This document shows, one piece after another, positions 37,222 through 47,293 of a stretch of DNA of 64,000 nucleotides (position 1 is the stretch's first letter; every line of letters begins with the position of its first letter). This DNA comes from Roseibacillus sp. (GTDB taxonomy: Bacteria > Verrucomicrobiota > Verrucomicrobiia > Verrucomicrobiales > Akkermansiaceae). Under the pieces are notes generated by a model. It searched no databases, was not told where the DNA came from, and saw nothing but the letters and a program-made list of their open reading frames with translations. A program made the position numbers and the translations under genes. The stretch lies in contig JAKVCR010000001.1 of NCBI GenBank assembly GCA_022448985.1, positions 4,217 through 68,216 on the forward strand. The letters are read 5' to 3'.

Positions 37222-37526
37222 GAGGTCGTAATACAGGTTTCGGGAAGAGGAAAACAGCCTGATTATAGGGTCTGCAGGTCCGATACGGATCAAACCCCGC
37301 GGATTTTACGGGGTTGTGGCAAAGAAACTGCCACAGATCGGTTAAGCGGTGGGGGCTGTTGGTGAGCTCGGAAGGGTCTTTACGGTGGGGTTTCCAGCTA
37401 ATCTTCACCTGCAGGCTCAGCGTGTGAGGCGCTGGCAGGTGTGATGGCTGAGGTGGCCCTTGTCCTGAAAAGAAGTTCGGATTCCCCGTGACAATTGTTC
37501 TTCTGAACAGTATCGGTTTAATCAGG

Positions 37527-39062
37527 ATGATTACGAAACTGCACAGTGCTGCTCTCCAGGGAGTGGAAGCGGTCGAAGTGGAAGTGGAAGTCAACTCCCC
37601 GGGGACCGGAACGCCCCGCATGGTGATTGTGGGGTTGCCTGATGCTGCGGTCCGGGAGTCCGCCGAGCGCGTCAGTTCTGCGGTCCATGCCTCCGCCCTT
37701 CCCAAGGACGATGGAGTGATTACGATCAACCTGGCACCTGCCGACCTGAAAAAGGAGGGGCCTTCCTTCGATTTGCCGATTGCCCTCGCGGTAGTGGCTT
37801 GCGCTCAGAAAAGCCGCCTCGATGGCGCCGATGATTGTCAGATCCTGGGGGAACTGGCGCTCGATGGTTCGGTTCGTCCCGTGAAGGGGGTTCTTTCGGC
37901 AGCGATCGAGGCGAAGGCGCGGGGCAAGAGACGCCTGCTGGTTCCGGAACAGAATGCAAGGGAAGCGGCAGCAGTCGACGGTATTGAAGTTTTCGGAGTG
38001 CGCGGACTCCGGCAGGCCTGGGATTTTCTCAATGGGGAGGAGGCGCTGGCTCCGGCCCGGGCGATCGGGTTGAACGGATCCGGGGAGCGATCGTATCCGG
38101 TGGATCTCGAGGAAGTGAAAGGCCAGCCGCACGTGAAACGAGCTTTCGAGGTTGCGGCGGCAGGGTCTCACAACATGCTCATGGCGGGCCCACCGGGGAC
38201 GGGGAAGTCAATGCTGGCAAAGCGCTTGCCGACGATCCTGCCGGACATGACCAGAGGGGAAGCAATCGAGACGACCCGGGTGTATTCCATTTCCGGGATT
38301 CTTGACTCGGGGGCAGGGCTGCTCCGCGCCCGGCCGTTCCGCAGCCCACACCACACGATTTCGAATGCGGGACTGCTGGGAGGAGGAAGCAATCCGGGGC
38401 CGGGAGAGATTTCGCTGGCGCACAATGGAGTGCTTTTCCTCGATGAGTTGCCCGAATTCCGGCGCCAGACCCTGGAGGTCCTGCGGCAGCCTCTCGAGGA
38501 TGGGCAGGTAACCATCTCCCGAGCCGCTGGAACCCTCACGTTCCCGAGCAAGGTGCTCCTGGTCGGTTCGCTCAATCCCTGTCCCTGCGGATATTTCGCG
38601 GACCCGCTCCGGGATTGTTCCTGCTCGCCGCGCCAGGTGGAACATTACCGGCAGAAGATTTCCGGGCCACTCCTGGATCGCATTGACCTGCACGTAGAAG
38701 TGCCGCTCATAGATTTCAAGCAGCTCTCTTCCCCGGAGCGGACTGAAAATTCGGCATCGGTGCGGGAACGAGTCGAGAAATGCCGGGCCCGGCAGGAAGA
38801 CCGGTTCAAGGATGTTGCGGGAGTGCGGGTCAATTCCGACATGAAGCCGAGGCAGGTTCGTCAGTATTGCGAACTCGATCGAGAATCCTCGAACCTGATG
38901 GAGCAGGCCATGGAGCAACTGAACTTCTCGGCCCGGGCCTATGATCGGATCCTGAAAGTGGCCCGGACGGTCGCAGACCTGGACGGTTCAGAGGTGCTCC
39001 GGACAACCCACCTGCTGGAAGCGATCCAGTACCGGAGCCTCGATCGCAAGTTGATGCACTAG
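37527..39062 (+). CDS. comM: YifB/ComM-family Mg-chelatase-like AAA+ ATPase
   Basis: Lon-protease-like N-domain, Walker [10 protein letters not shown], Walker [10 protein letters not shown], and a zinc-ribbon-like CPCGY...CSC. I chose ATG 37527. Confidence 0.9.
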   Translation: MITKLHSAALQGVEAVEVEVEVNSPGTGTPRMVIVGLPDAAVRESAERVSSAVHASALPKDDGVITINLAPADLKKEGPSFDLPIALAVVACAQKSRLDGADDCQILGELALDGSVRPVKGVLSAAIEAKARGKRRLLVPEQNAREAAAVDGIEVFGVRGLRQAWDFLNGEEALAPARAIGLNGSGERSYPVDLEEVKGQPHVKRAFEVAAAGSHNMLMAGPPGTGKSMLAKRLPTILPDMTRGEAIETTRVYSISGILDSGAGLLRARPFRSPHHTISNAGLLGGGSNPGPGEISLAHNGVLFLDELPEFRRQTLEVLRQPLEDGQVTISRAAGTLTFPSKVLLVGSLNPCPCGYFADPLRDCSCSPRQVEHYRQKISGPLLDRIDLHVEVPLIDFKQLSSPERTENSASVRERVEKCRARQEDRFKDVAGVRVNSDMKPRQVRQYCELDRESSNLMEQAMEQLNFSARAYDRILKVARTVADLDGSEVLRTTHLLEAIQYRSLDRKLMH

Positions 39063-39073
39063 CGCGAATCCTG
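38909..39073 (+). repeat. direct repeat copy A (3' end of comM + 11 nt downstream)
   Basis: Aligns without gaps to 41947-42111, with 16 mismatches out of 165 by hand alignment. Confidence 0.9.
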
Positions 39074-39919
39074 TTAGTCCGCTCCACGCTTTGGAGAGGG
39101 AGGGACTTTGAGGCTGGGAAAGAACTCCGGGCGGTATTCAAAGTGCATCAGATCGTAGTGATACCACTTCCCACCCCAGATAAATCCGTGCTTCTCAAAG
39201 ATCCTAACAATCTTCCCGGGGTAGGCCAGACGGCGTTTCATGTCTCCGAGGCGATCCTGATCACGTTCCCACTTCCAGTAGGCGCCCAGGGATGGGTTGA
39301 GATCGATCGCGATTCCAAAGGAGTGCGAACTCAGCCGCTGTGTGCCAGCTATCTTTCGCCAGTTAAATGTTCCGCCCATCTCTTGGAAGTACTTCCGCAA
39401 TTGCGGCTCGGTCTGGAGCAGGATCGCCACTTCCTTCCCCACTTCCCTGAGCGCTTCGGCAGCACCATTACGGCTTTGGAAGCGAATCGATTTGTCCAGG
39501 AACTTGATCGTTACCAGACCCTTTTCGACCTCGGGTTTCGTGTCGCCATAAACCTCTTTGAGAAGAGCGTCGTTACGATAGCGACCAGGATCCAGGTTCC
39601 TGGGCCAAGCCTCGAAATCCAAGTTTGAGGGGTAGGCTTGGTGAAGGATGTCGAGCAAGCTCGGAGCGGCTACGCGGTCAGCATGCGAACGCTGCTTCTC
39701 GTAGCGCAGGATCTCCTCACCTCCGTTGCGAAGTCTTGCGCGGAGCACACCCTGCTGGTCCTTGAGCACCTTGCCTATCGCACCGGGGTAGGCTGCGCGA
39801 AGACTTACGAGGGCTTTGGAGGCACCTGGATCGAACGATTGTCCCTCACAAACAAGTAGTAAGACGACGCACGCCACGACCAGCGGCGAAAACATGTTGA
39901 GAAGAGTTCTGGAATTCAC
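39074..39919 (-). CDS. M15-family zinc D,D-/L,D-peptidase (VanY-like) with signal peptide
   Basis: SSHSFGIAIDLN (H..D zinc ligands) and GFIWGGKW...DLMHFEY (the second His) are typical of peptidase M15. GTG start at 39919. Confidence 0.78.
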   Translation of the reverse strand: MNSRTLLNMFSPLVVACVVLLLVCEGQSFDPGASKALVSLRAAYPGAIGKVLKDQQGVLRARLRNGGEEILRYEKQRSHADRVAAPSLLDILHQAYPSNLDFEAWPRNLDPGRYRNDALLKEVYGDTKPEVEKGLVTIKFLDKSIRFQSRNGAAEALREVGKEVAILLQTEPQLRKYFQEMGGTFNWRKIAGTQRLSSHSFGIAIDLNPSLGAYWKWERDQDRLGDMKRRLAYPGKIVRIFEKHGFIWGGKWYHYDLMHFEYRPEFFPSLKVPPSPKRGAD

Positions 39920-39930
39920 TTTTCTTTCAG

Positions 39931-40917
39931 GTGAGTTTCAACCTTTCTTCCTTGGATTTGAATCTATTATTTCTGCGGAGATCCGCGAGGATCGGCGTGC
40001 TGCAACTCGTGGTCCTTTGTCCCATGGTTCTCAGCAACTGTTCTCCCGAGACCGAAGCGGATCAATACCGAATCTGGATTGGGGGGGACTTTCACTTCGG
40101 CGAAGGGCGCTCCGCCGTGCTGGAGCCGCTTTCTCACCTCCTTCAGGGTGCGATTGGTTTCGTGAACCTGGAAGGGCCCCTTCATGGGGGGAAGGAAACG
40201 CACGTGGATGATTCAGGCAGAGTGTGGCTGTTCAATTCGCCGCGCCCCTTACCGCAGCAACTGGCCGCACTCAATATCCAGGCCGTCGGGACTGCCAACA
40301 ACCATCAGCACGATGCGGGGAGCTCCGGAGTTCACGAAACGGAGCGGCATCTGAAGCAGGCTGGAATTCTATCGGTTGGGGGCAGTTCGCCCATCAGGCT
40401 GTTGAAACTTCCGAGTCTCGATATTGTGTTGACTGTACATGATCTCACGGACGGGATTACTCCCACCCTCTCGGCGGAGCTCCAGAGCGCCAGGAAGCGG
40501 GGCGATATTCTCATCAGCACATTCCATGTCACAGGCCCGCCGAGCTATCTGCCCTCACCCCAACTTCGCAAAGCTGTTGAAATCGCTCTCGAGGCAGGGG
40601 CCTCGGTGATTGCCTCTCATGGCAGCCATGCCCCTGGACCGGTAGAACGTCGCGGTGATACTGTCATTGCCTGGGGATTGGGAAACCTGGCCTTCAACTG
40701 CAAGTGTACGGACGAGAAGGATGGGCTCGTTCTGGCCCTCCTTCTCAACTCCCGGAATAGTGGGGAGCGAATCGCAGAAGCGGGTGTCGTCCCAATCGAT
40801 GCGGGGCTTCGCGGCAATCCTTCCAAGCCTGCCCGCAATCCGGAACTGATCTTCGATCTTCTGGAAGCGATCGGGAGTAGCGAGTTGAGACGCCAGGGAC
40901 AGCGGGCCTCGTTTTGA
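39931..40917 (+). CDS. CapA-family metallophosphoesterase-like protein (poly-gamma-glutamate CapA/PgsA-like)
   Basis: IWIGGDFHFGEG, VNLEGPL, GTANNH..D.G and ..SHGSHA.. follow the CapA-family metallophosphatase motif order. GTG start with a lipobox-like VLSNC. Confidence 0.7.
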   Translation: MSFNLSSLDLNLLFLRRSARIGVLQLVVLCPMVLSNCSPETEADQYRIWIGGDFHFGEGRSAVLEPLSHLLQGAIGFVNLEGPLHGGKETHVDDSGRVWLFNSPRPLPQQLAALNIQAVGTANNHQHDAGSSGVHETERHLKQAGILSVGGSSPIRLLKLPSLDIVLTVHDLTDGITPTLSAELQSARKRGDILISTFHVTGPPSYLPSPQLRKAVEIALEAGASVIASHGSHAPGPVERRGDTVIAWGLGNLAFNCKCTDEKDGLVLALLLNSRNSGERIAEAGVVPIDAGLRGNPSKPARNPELIFDLLEAIGSSELRRQGQRASF

Positions 40918-40968
40918 TCGATGAGAGACGGTGGAATGACACCCGCACGGGGCGTCGAATCGATCCTA

Positions 40969-41802
40969 TCAGGCCTCGCCGAACCAATTGAGGTGGTCTG
41001 CCTCAGAGAGCGGACCGCCAATGGACTGTTCGACGCTCATGATGAGCTTGAGATTCTTTTGATCAACTTCGGTAAGCTGGGAATCCTGGAAGTTCTTGTC
41101 CACCTTGTACCAATCCTGTCGCGCGAAATACTGCTTCAGGGAGTCCGACTTAAAGGCCCGGCCGTGGCGAGCGTAAATCGTGTTGCGCAGGAGGCGTAGG
41201 TCTCGCCGGGAATAATCCCCGAGATGTATCACCTTGAGGATCCGATCGAAACTCTTTGGATCGAATGGATCCACCCACGTCTTTCCGACATCTTGTCCTT
41301 GCTGCTTCTGCCAATAGCTGTGGTATCCTGCGGGCACGCTTCTTCCCAAGGCGCGAGAAATCAATCCGAGTTCCAACCACTGCGTCTTGGTGATTTGCTT
41401 CTGCTTCAATAAATTCAGGAGATTTGCTTCAGTCGCTTGCAGCTCCTTGCGGGAGATGCCCACCTCAAACTCCGCGACAAAGGCCGCGTTCTCCCGATCG
41501 CGTTTGGACACCTTGCTCATGTCCAGGCCAGTTGGTTCATACCAGGCAAACTGTGCGAAGTAGTCGTTCAACCACTGCTTTCGAAACTTGTTCCCAGCCC
41601 GGGCAAAGATGGCATTCCGAACCAGAGACAGCTCTCTCAGCGTCTTGTCTTTCAGATCAGCCTCCCTGATTTTGCGATCGAAGTAGTAAGGATTCTCAAC
41701 CCTGTCTCCTTTCTCCTGTGCGGGGGCCTCCAGGACCGTGAATCCGCCCACCAGCGCAAGAGCCACGGAACCCCCAAGCATGATACGACTCATCATTCTC
41801 AT
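40969..41802 (-). CDS. secreted protein with two YARHG domains
   Basis: Signal peptide, then L.LVRNAIFARAGNKF....L..YF....WY and L.LLRNTIYARHGRAFKSDSLKQYFARQDWY. The second carries the literal YARHG motif. Confidence 0.8.
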   Translation of the reverse strand: MRMMSRIMLGGSVALALVGGFTVLEAPAQEKGDRVENPYYFDRKIREADLKDKTLRELSLVRNAIFARAGNKFRKQWLNDYFAQFAWYEPTGLDMSKVSKRDRENAAFVAEFEVGISRKELQATEANLLNLLKQKQITKTQWLELGLISRALGRSVPAGYHSYWQKQQGQDVGKTWVDPFDPKSFDRILKVIHLGDYSRRDLRLLRNTIYARHGRAFKSDSLKQYFARQDWYKVDKNFQDSQLTEVDQKNLKLIMSVEQSIGGPLSEADHLNWFGEA

Positions 41803-41947
41803 GTCCTCACCCTAGGGAAATTCGGATTGGTTGCAAACTCGGGGTTCTGACCACGAGAATCTCCTCCCGCGCAGTGATGTGGCCCGGAAACCTCGCAAAG
41901 AGCAGGTCCATCCGGAGGGCTGGCAATCGCAGCTTCATCCTTCGAAC

Positions 41948-42100
41948 ATGGAGCAACTGAGCTTCTCGGCCCGGGCCTATGATCGGATCCTGAAGGTGGC
42001 CCGGACGGTCGCAGACCTGGACGATTCAGGCGTGCTCCGTGCAACCCGCCTGATGGAAGCGATCCAGTACCGGAGTTTCGATCGTAAGTTGATGCGTTAG
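41948..42100 (+). pseudogene. headless duplicate of the comM 3' end (repeat copy B spans 41947-42111)
   Basis: [50 protein letters not shown] compared with the comM C-terminus [50 protein letters not shown]. There is no ATPase body upstream. Confidence 0.85.
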
Positions 42101-42132
42101 TACGAATCCTGGCCCCCCCCAACCAAACCCAA

Positions 42133-42816
42133 TCAATCGCGTTTTTCCGCGAGATAGATCCGATGTCGTTTCTGTTTGGCCCGGGGGTGCTTCGCAACCG
42201 CGAGTTCCTCGACCGTGAATCCGGTCTGTCGCAGATCGCGCAGGAGCCCGGGTTCTGCGGTCGCGGCCCAAAAGGCGACCCGGCCTCCGGATGTGAGCGC
42301 GCGTTTGATGGTCTGCAAACCCTCCCGGCGATAGATCCGGGCGTTTCCTGGTTGCAGGAGTGATGAGGGGCCGTCGTCAACATCGAGAAGGATGGCGTCA
42401 TAGGGCGACGCCTTCTTTGCGGCCGCCTTGATTAGCGGGTAAACGTCTCCCTCGATGACTTGCGTTCTTTGATCTGCAAGAATCCCGTCGTTTAGACCAG
42501 CGAGACACTCCCTGTTCCACACGATGATCTCAGGCAGCAACTCCGCCACTTCGATGCGTGCATCGCTCCCGCCAAGCTCCAGGCAACGGCGGAGGCTGAA
42601 ACCAAGCCCAAGGCCACCGATCAGGATCCTGGGGTTCTTGCGGCCATCACGAAAATCGCATCCGAGATCGGCAAGCAGCAATTCGGAGTGCGTCATGGTG
42701 GTGCTCATAACCTGCCGCTCGTTCATGTAGAGAAAGAACTCGCCGTCATGCGAACAGAGGCGGAACGTCGCCCCATCGGGAGCCACTGTCTCAGCAACAT
42801 TGATGGTTGGCTTCAT
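42133..42816 (-). CDS. spermidine-synthase-fold SAM-dependent methyltransferase-like protein
   Basis: ILIGGLGLGFSLRR.LE.....IEVAEL.PEI..W and ..YDAILLDVDDGP.. resemble short spermine/spermidine-synthase-like proteins. Confidence 0.7.
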   Translation of the reverse strand: MKPTINVAETVAPDGATFRLCSHDGEFFLYMNERQVMSTTMTHSELLLADLGCDFRDGRKNPRILIGGLGLGFSLRRCLELGGSDARIEVAELLPEIIVWNRECLAGLNDGILADQRTQVIEGDVYPLIKAAAKKASPYDAILLDVDDGPSSLLQPGNARIYRREGLQTIKRALTSGGRVAFWAATAEPGLLRDLRQTGFTVEELAVAKHPRAKQKRHRIYLAEKRD

Positions 42817-42907
42817 GAATTGAGGGTGGGGTGTCCCTGTAATTCAGGGGTATGAAAAATGGCCGGGGATCTCTCCAAATCGGTTCATCCCCGAACCATC
42901 ACGTCGG

Positions 42908-45900
42908 TCAATTCTCCCGCACCCGGACCCGCATGTATTTTTTGTCAAGGCCGCTGCCTATGGCGTTGAGCTGGGTATAGGTGTAATTGGACGAAGCGGT
43001 GCCGGCAATTCCATCGGGTCCATCGCTTGCTGCTATCACAAGTGCGGTGATGTCCACCCATGGGTCCTCAGCGCCCAGGTCATCGCTGCCCTCAATGGCG
43101 AAGGTGATATTCGGCGGCAGGGAATCTGCCCGTCGGAGATGCAGAACCAATTGGTCCGAACCACTGACAGACGCGGATGGCAGCAGTGCAGATGCATCAT
43201 GGGTGTCCGGGCGCATCCCCGGCGAGGCGTGGGAATAGGCGTATTCGAAGAGGTTTGCGACCCCATCCCCGTCAGAATCGTCAGTCGATGCGGAAAGAGC
43301 ACCGATCCCGGGGAAGGTGGCAATCCAGCTGTCAAATGAAATGGGACCGGCTTCAGTGCTGGTGGTGAGAAGATCCGGAGCATTGTTGTAATCAATCGCG
43401 TAGCCCGTGTTTGAGTAGGGTATGATGACAAAGTAGTAAGTGGTGTCGGTAGTGGACAAGCCACTGAAGGTCCGGGTCTGTATTTCCGCCGGGACGTAGA
43501 CCCGTGTGAAACCATCGCTCAGATCGCCGTCTGGAAGAAACTGCTCTCCATCCGAGGGAATCACGAAGTCATTGCTGGTGCTTCCCAGGATGAGATAGCC
43601 ATAAGGCGCGATTTCTCCCGTAGCGTCGGTCCAGTTGAGGCGGATGCCGGTGGGACTGGTGGCCGTGGCGGTAAAATCGGTGGGATGCCCGGTGGGCTGT
43701 TCCAGGATCTTGAACCAGTTCCTGCTTTCCAGGGTCGGGACGTCGGTCGGGAAGCCGGCCGGGAAGATGGTCGTGTCGTCGTACCATTTGGGTCCTGTGT
43801 CGTTCAGGTGGGCGAGATTGCTGGCCGTGATATGGCCGGGATCGGGGTCTCCATTTGAAGCCTTACCGTTTGGATCCGTAAAATCGACGCCCGCCCAGTT
43901 GGTGTCGACCGCCTCGGATTGACTGTTGAACAGGTTGGCATTGTTGTTGGTGGTGTTATGACCCCGCATTTCAAACACGCAGTCCGCAAAATTCCAGCCC
44001 GTCATTTTCAGAGCTTTCACCGGTGAGGTCAGTTTCCCTCCAAAGTGGGCGGTCCCCGAAAGGAAGAACTGCACGCCGGCGAAGTTCGCTCTCTTACCCA
44101 GGGTCTCCCGGAAGGCCTCGCTTTTCTTGGCGGTGATGATGGCATTACTGAAGTCGGTTTCATTCAGATTGGCGCGGAAAAACAAGCGGTAGCCGCCCTT
44201 GATCACGCAGTCGCTGAAGTCGGAATGCTGGCACTTCAGATTTGCGAATGAGAATTCAGTCAGGTTTTCGCCCAGCAACTCCAGGCCCGAGAAACTCACG
44301 CCATTCGCATTGACATGGCGCATGAACCCGTTCCTCGACCAGGTGATCTTGGTAAACGGCCTGCTGAAGGTCTGCCCCTCGATGCTGAAATCCCGGTCGG
44401 TCAGGTCAGAGGTCTTGCTGGCGATGGTGGTATGCCCGAATTTGACATTATCGAGGGTGGTGCCCTCCTGGACGTAGTCGATCACCTCGTCCGGATTGAT
44501 ATTTCCGCCGCTGGCCGCGACATTGTAGACCCGGTTGTCCCTGAGGAGCTTGCCGGTAAAGACGGGAGGGTGCTCCATCGTTTCAGGGGGAGCCGGGAGC
44601 GTCTTGTAGTCAATCAGGGATCCGCCATTGGTGTAGGAATAAATCCGGAAGTAGTAGTCGATCCCACCAGGCAGGCGGTTGAACCGGTAGGCTTGTGATC
44701 CGGCCGGCAGATATACAAGAGCCGATCCGTCCCGGAGGTTCGTATCCTCGGGAGGGGAAACGCCGTCGACCGGGTCGGTGAAGATATTGGTTGTATTGGC
44801 GATGATCAGGTAGCCGAAGGCCGACACCGCGCCCGTTGCGTCGGTCCAGGACAGGTCGATGGTCTCGGCGAGTGAAGAAGCGGTGAACGAGGTGGCATGA
44901 CCAGAAGGCTCAACAGTCACCTGGAACCAGTTCTTGGTCGCCAGGGTGGTGGCATCAGTGGGGAATCCCACCGGGAAGACGGTCGTCGCGGTGTCATAGA
45001 ATTTAGGGCCGGTCCCGTCCAACAGATCCAGCTCGGCGGCGAGGAAATCGGGGTCCGACATGTCGGCTCCGATCCAGTTGGAGTTGGCGGCGGTCGTTGT
45101 ATCGCCAAACAGGGTTGTTCCGGGAGCCAGAGAAAAACTGGCGCCGGAGAAGTTCCACCCGTTCATCTTGGATCCGGCGAAGTGGTCCGATCCCGAGAGA
45201 TGGAATGCTGTCCCGGCAAAGGTGGCATTCTTGCCCGAGGCGCTGTTGAAGCTGTTCGCCCCGACTGTGATGGTGGCGTAACTGAAATCAGCATTGGCCA
45301 GGGAAGTGCTCCGGAAGGCCCCCGTGGAGGTTCCTCCATCCAGAACGAGACCCGAGAAGTTCGAGTTGCTGGCATTGACACTCCGCATGAAGGAGGGTGT
45401 CGACCAGGCGAACCCGGAGAGGGGTTCGCTGAAACCGGTGGTGAAATCCCTGTTCCGGAGATTGGAAACGACTTCCTCATTGTCGCTGCCAAACTGGGCA
45501 TCGGAAAGGACCCCGTCGGGGTCGATATGATCCATGGGAGCTCCAGCGGTGATCACGATCCCGTTTCCGAGGGTGTAATCGAGGCCATCGGCCAGCAGGA
45601 TGCCGGAGGGGGTTGTCGCTGAATCCACCGGCGCGGCGGGCACCGTCTTGAAATCAATATTCACCCCGGTGTTTGAGTAGGGATAAATTGCGAAGTGGTA
45701 AGGGGTCGTCCCGGTCAGGCCCCTGAATTGATGGGACTGAAGGCCCTGCCGGACATAAACCACCGCCTCGCCGTCGCTCAGGTCGGGGTCCATCTCAGGG
45801 GCACTCAGGTCGACCGGACCAGGGAAGCCCGGCGTTGTGCTGGCAAAGAGGACGTAGCCATAGGGCGGGTCCGCTCCCCCGGCATCGGTCCATGACAGGT

Positions 45901-47293
45901 TGACGATTTCATTGCTGGGAGCGAAGGCCGTGAAATTGTCCACGTGCGCGGTGGGCTCAGGCATGCCAAAAACGTCCAGAACCGTGATTTCCTGGCTCAG
46001 GGTCACGGTTCCACCACGCAGGTCGAGGACGTCAACTGACACGGAGTCCGGGCCGGGCAGCTCCCAGGTGTGGGTGAGACTCAGGGCATTGTCCTCAAAG
46101 ACCTCCGGGTGATTCCCGGTGGTCCAGACGCCGACACAGGAATCTCCATCCGCGTCCGTGGGAGTGACCGTGATTGTCACGGGAGTGCCAGCCGGAACTG
46201 CCAATGGGGCGTCCCAGGTGGCGGTCGGAGCGATGTTGGTCTGGTGTCCTCCCCGGATCACCGCGACATCCATGTATTTATTGGGAAGGGTGCCGCCCGT
46301 TCCAAGGTTGGTGATGAAGAGATCCCCTCCTCCATCGTGCAGCGTCTCATAGGGTGGGAGGTGCGCGTTGTCGAGTGCTCCGCCGGGCTTGTAATCGCAC
46401 AGGAGAGAGGGATCGGTGTTTCGCTGGTAGTAAATCTGCAAGCCCTTCTGCAGCCCGTAGTTCTTGCCGGGACTGCTGAACTTGTTGAGGAGCTTGGAGC
46501 GGTATTGAAGCCAGACCCACTGCTTGGACTGTCCCTTGCGGTCCACCCGGATGCAGCGCTTCCGGCCTGCGCCGACGTTCTTCTGGTCGATGTTATAAAG
46601 GCGATCCATGTAGACCCCGTCACGGGTATGATTAAATCGCGTGTTGTTGGTGATCCAGTTGGCCATGTGGGCCTCCCGCGCCTTGGGGGACACTCCGGCC
46701 CTCTTCATGAAAGAGTAGGTATCGCCCTTCTTGCCAACCCCGGGAATTCCGATCGGATTGCTGATGGTGTTTCTCCTGACCCAGTGATACGGGTGATCAA
46801 ATCCCAGGTTGTGACCCATTTCATGCTCCGTGGCGCCCAGCGACTTCACCCAGAAGCGCCTGCCTCCCTTGGTGGCCAGGCCTCCCCAGCCGAACTTGGT
46901 CCCGGTGAAGAAGATCCCCACATGACGGTAGGGCCCCGGGACGGTGGCGAAGCCACTCCTGTTTACCGCCTGTTCCGCGGCCGCCGCCAAGGACCCGGCT
47001 GTTTTATACCATCCCGCATTGTGGGGCATGGTGTAGACCCTGGGCGTGACGGTAACAATGAGGTTGTACTTTCCGTACGAATACCTGTCAAAATTGCGCT
47101 TCACCGCCTGCAGCTTGTTGGTCACCGCATCGAAACTGTGAGTTGATCGGTGGTCGGGAAAGTTGATGCGGATCGCGAGCACTTTCTGATTGCCGGTCGT
47201 ATTTGGCACGCCCATGACAATTTGTGATGAGGAAATCAGTGCCGAGGCTGCAAGAAGGCAGCGGAGAACCAGCGTCTTATTTGGTGGAGTCAT
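42908..47293 (-). CDS. giant secreted metzincin-type zinc metalloprotease with 3 FN3-like modules, 2 pentapeptide-repeat-like beta-helix modules and a Ca-loop C-terminal module
   Basis: Signal peptide from ATG 47293. The zinc signature is HEMGHNLGFDH (about 46793-46828). See the findings for the repeat architecture. The C-terminus has DDSDGDGVANLFEYAY and ends in KKYMRVRVREN. Confidence 0.8.
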   Translation of the reverse strand: MTPPNKTLVLRCLLAASALISSSQIVMGVPNTTGNQKVLAIRINFPDHRSTHSFDAVTNKLQAVKRNFDRYSYGKYNLIVTVTPRVYTMPHNAGWYKTAGSLAAAAEQAVNRSGFATVPGPYRHVGIFFTGTKFGWGGLATKGGRRFWVKSLGATEHEMGHNLGFDHPYHWVRRNTISNPIGIPGVGKKGDTYSFMKRAGVSPKAREAHMANWITNNTRFNHTRDGVYMDRLYNIDQKNVGAGRKRCIRVDRKGQSKQWVWLQYRSKLLNKFSSPGKNYGLQKGLQIYYQRNTDPSLLCDYKPGGALDNAHLPPYETLHDGGGDLFITNLGTGGTLPNKYMDVAVIRGGHQTNIAPTATWDAPLAVPAGTPVTITVTPTDADGDSCVGVWTTGNHPEVFEDNALSLTHTWELPGPDSVSVDVLDLRGGTVTLSQEITVLDVFGMPEPTAHVDNFTAFAPSNEIVNLSWTDAGGADPPYGYVLFASTTPGFPGPVDLSAPEMDPDLSDGEAVVYVRQGLQSHQFRGLTGTTPYHFAIYPYSNTGVNIDFKTVPAAPVDSATTPSGILLADGLDYTLGNGIVITAGAPMDHIDPDGVLSDAQFGSDNEEVVSNLRNRDFTTGFSEPLSGFAWSTPSFMRSVNASNSNFSGLVLDGGTSTGAFRSTSLANADFSYATITVGANSFNSASGKNATFAGTAFHLSGSDHFAGSKMNGWNFSGASFSLAPGTTLFGDTTTAANSNWIGADMSDPDFLAAELDLLDGTGPKFYDTATTVFPVGFPTDATTLATKNWFQVTVEPSGHATSFTASSLAETIDLSWTDATGAVSAFGYLIIANTTNIFTDPVDGVSPPEDTNLRDGSALVYLPAGSQAYRFNRLPGGIDYYFRIYSYTNGGSLIDYKTLPAPPETMEHPPVFTGKLLRDNRVYNVAASGGNINPDEVIDYVQEGTTLDNVKFGHTTIASKTSDLTDRDFSIEGQTFSRPFTKITWSRNGFMRHVNANGVSFSGLELLGENLTEFSFANLKCQHSDFSDCVIKGGYRLFFRANLNETDFSNAIITAKKSEAFRETLGKRANFAGVQFFLSGTAHFGGKLTSPVKALKMTGWNFADCVFEMRGHNTTNNNANLFNSQSEAVDTNWAGVDFTDPNGKASNGDPDPGHITASNLAHLNDTGPKWYDDTTIFPAGFPTDVPTLESRNWFKILEQPTGHPTDFTATATSPTGIRLNWTDATGEIAPYGYLILGSTSNDFVIPSDGEQFLPDGDLSDGFTRVYVPAEIQTRTFSGLSTTDTTYYFVIIPYSNTGYAIDYNNAPDLLTTSTEAGPISFDSWIATFPGIGALSASTDDSDGDGVANLFEYAYSHASPGMRPDTHDASALLPSASVSGSDQLVLHLRRADSLPPNITFAIEGSDDLGAEDPWVDITALVIAASDGPDGIAGTASSNYTYTQLNAIGSGLDKKYMRVRVREN

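Noticed and set aside
41831-42100. 89-aa ORF as an independent gene
   Set aside because: Only its last 50 codons have meaning, as the comM 3' duplicate. The upstream 39 codons are unrelated read-through, so I annotate it as a gene fragment.
46070-47146. 358-aa plus-strand ORF, with a similar 389-aa minus-strand ORF at 56004..57173
   Set aside because: They are shadow ORFs opposite the metzincin and CotH genes.
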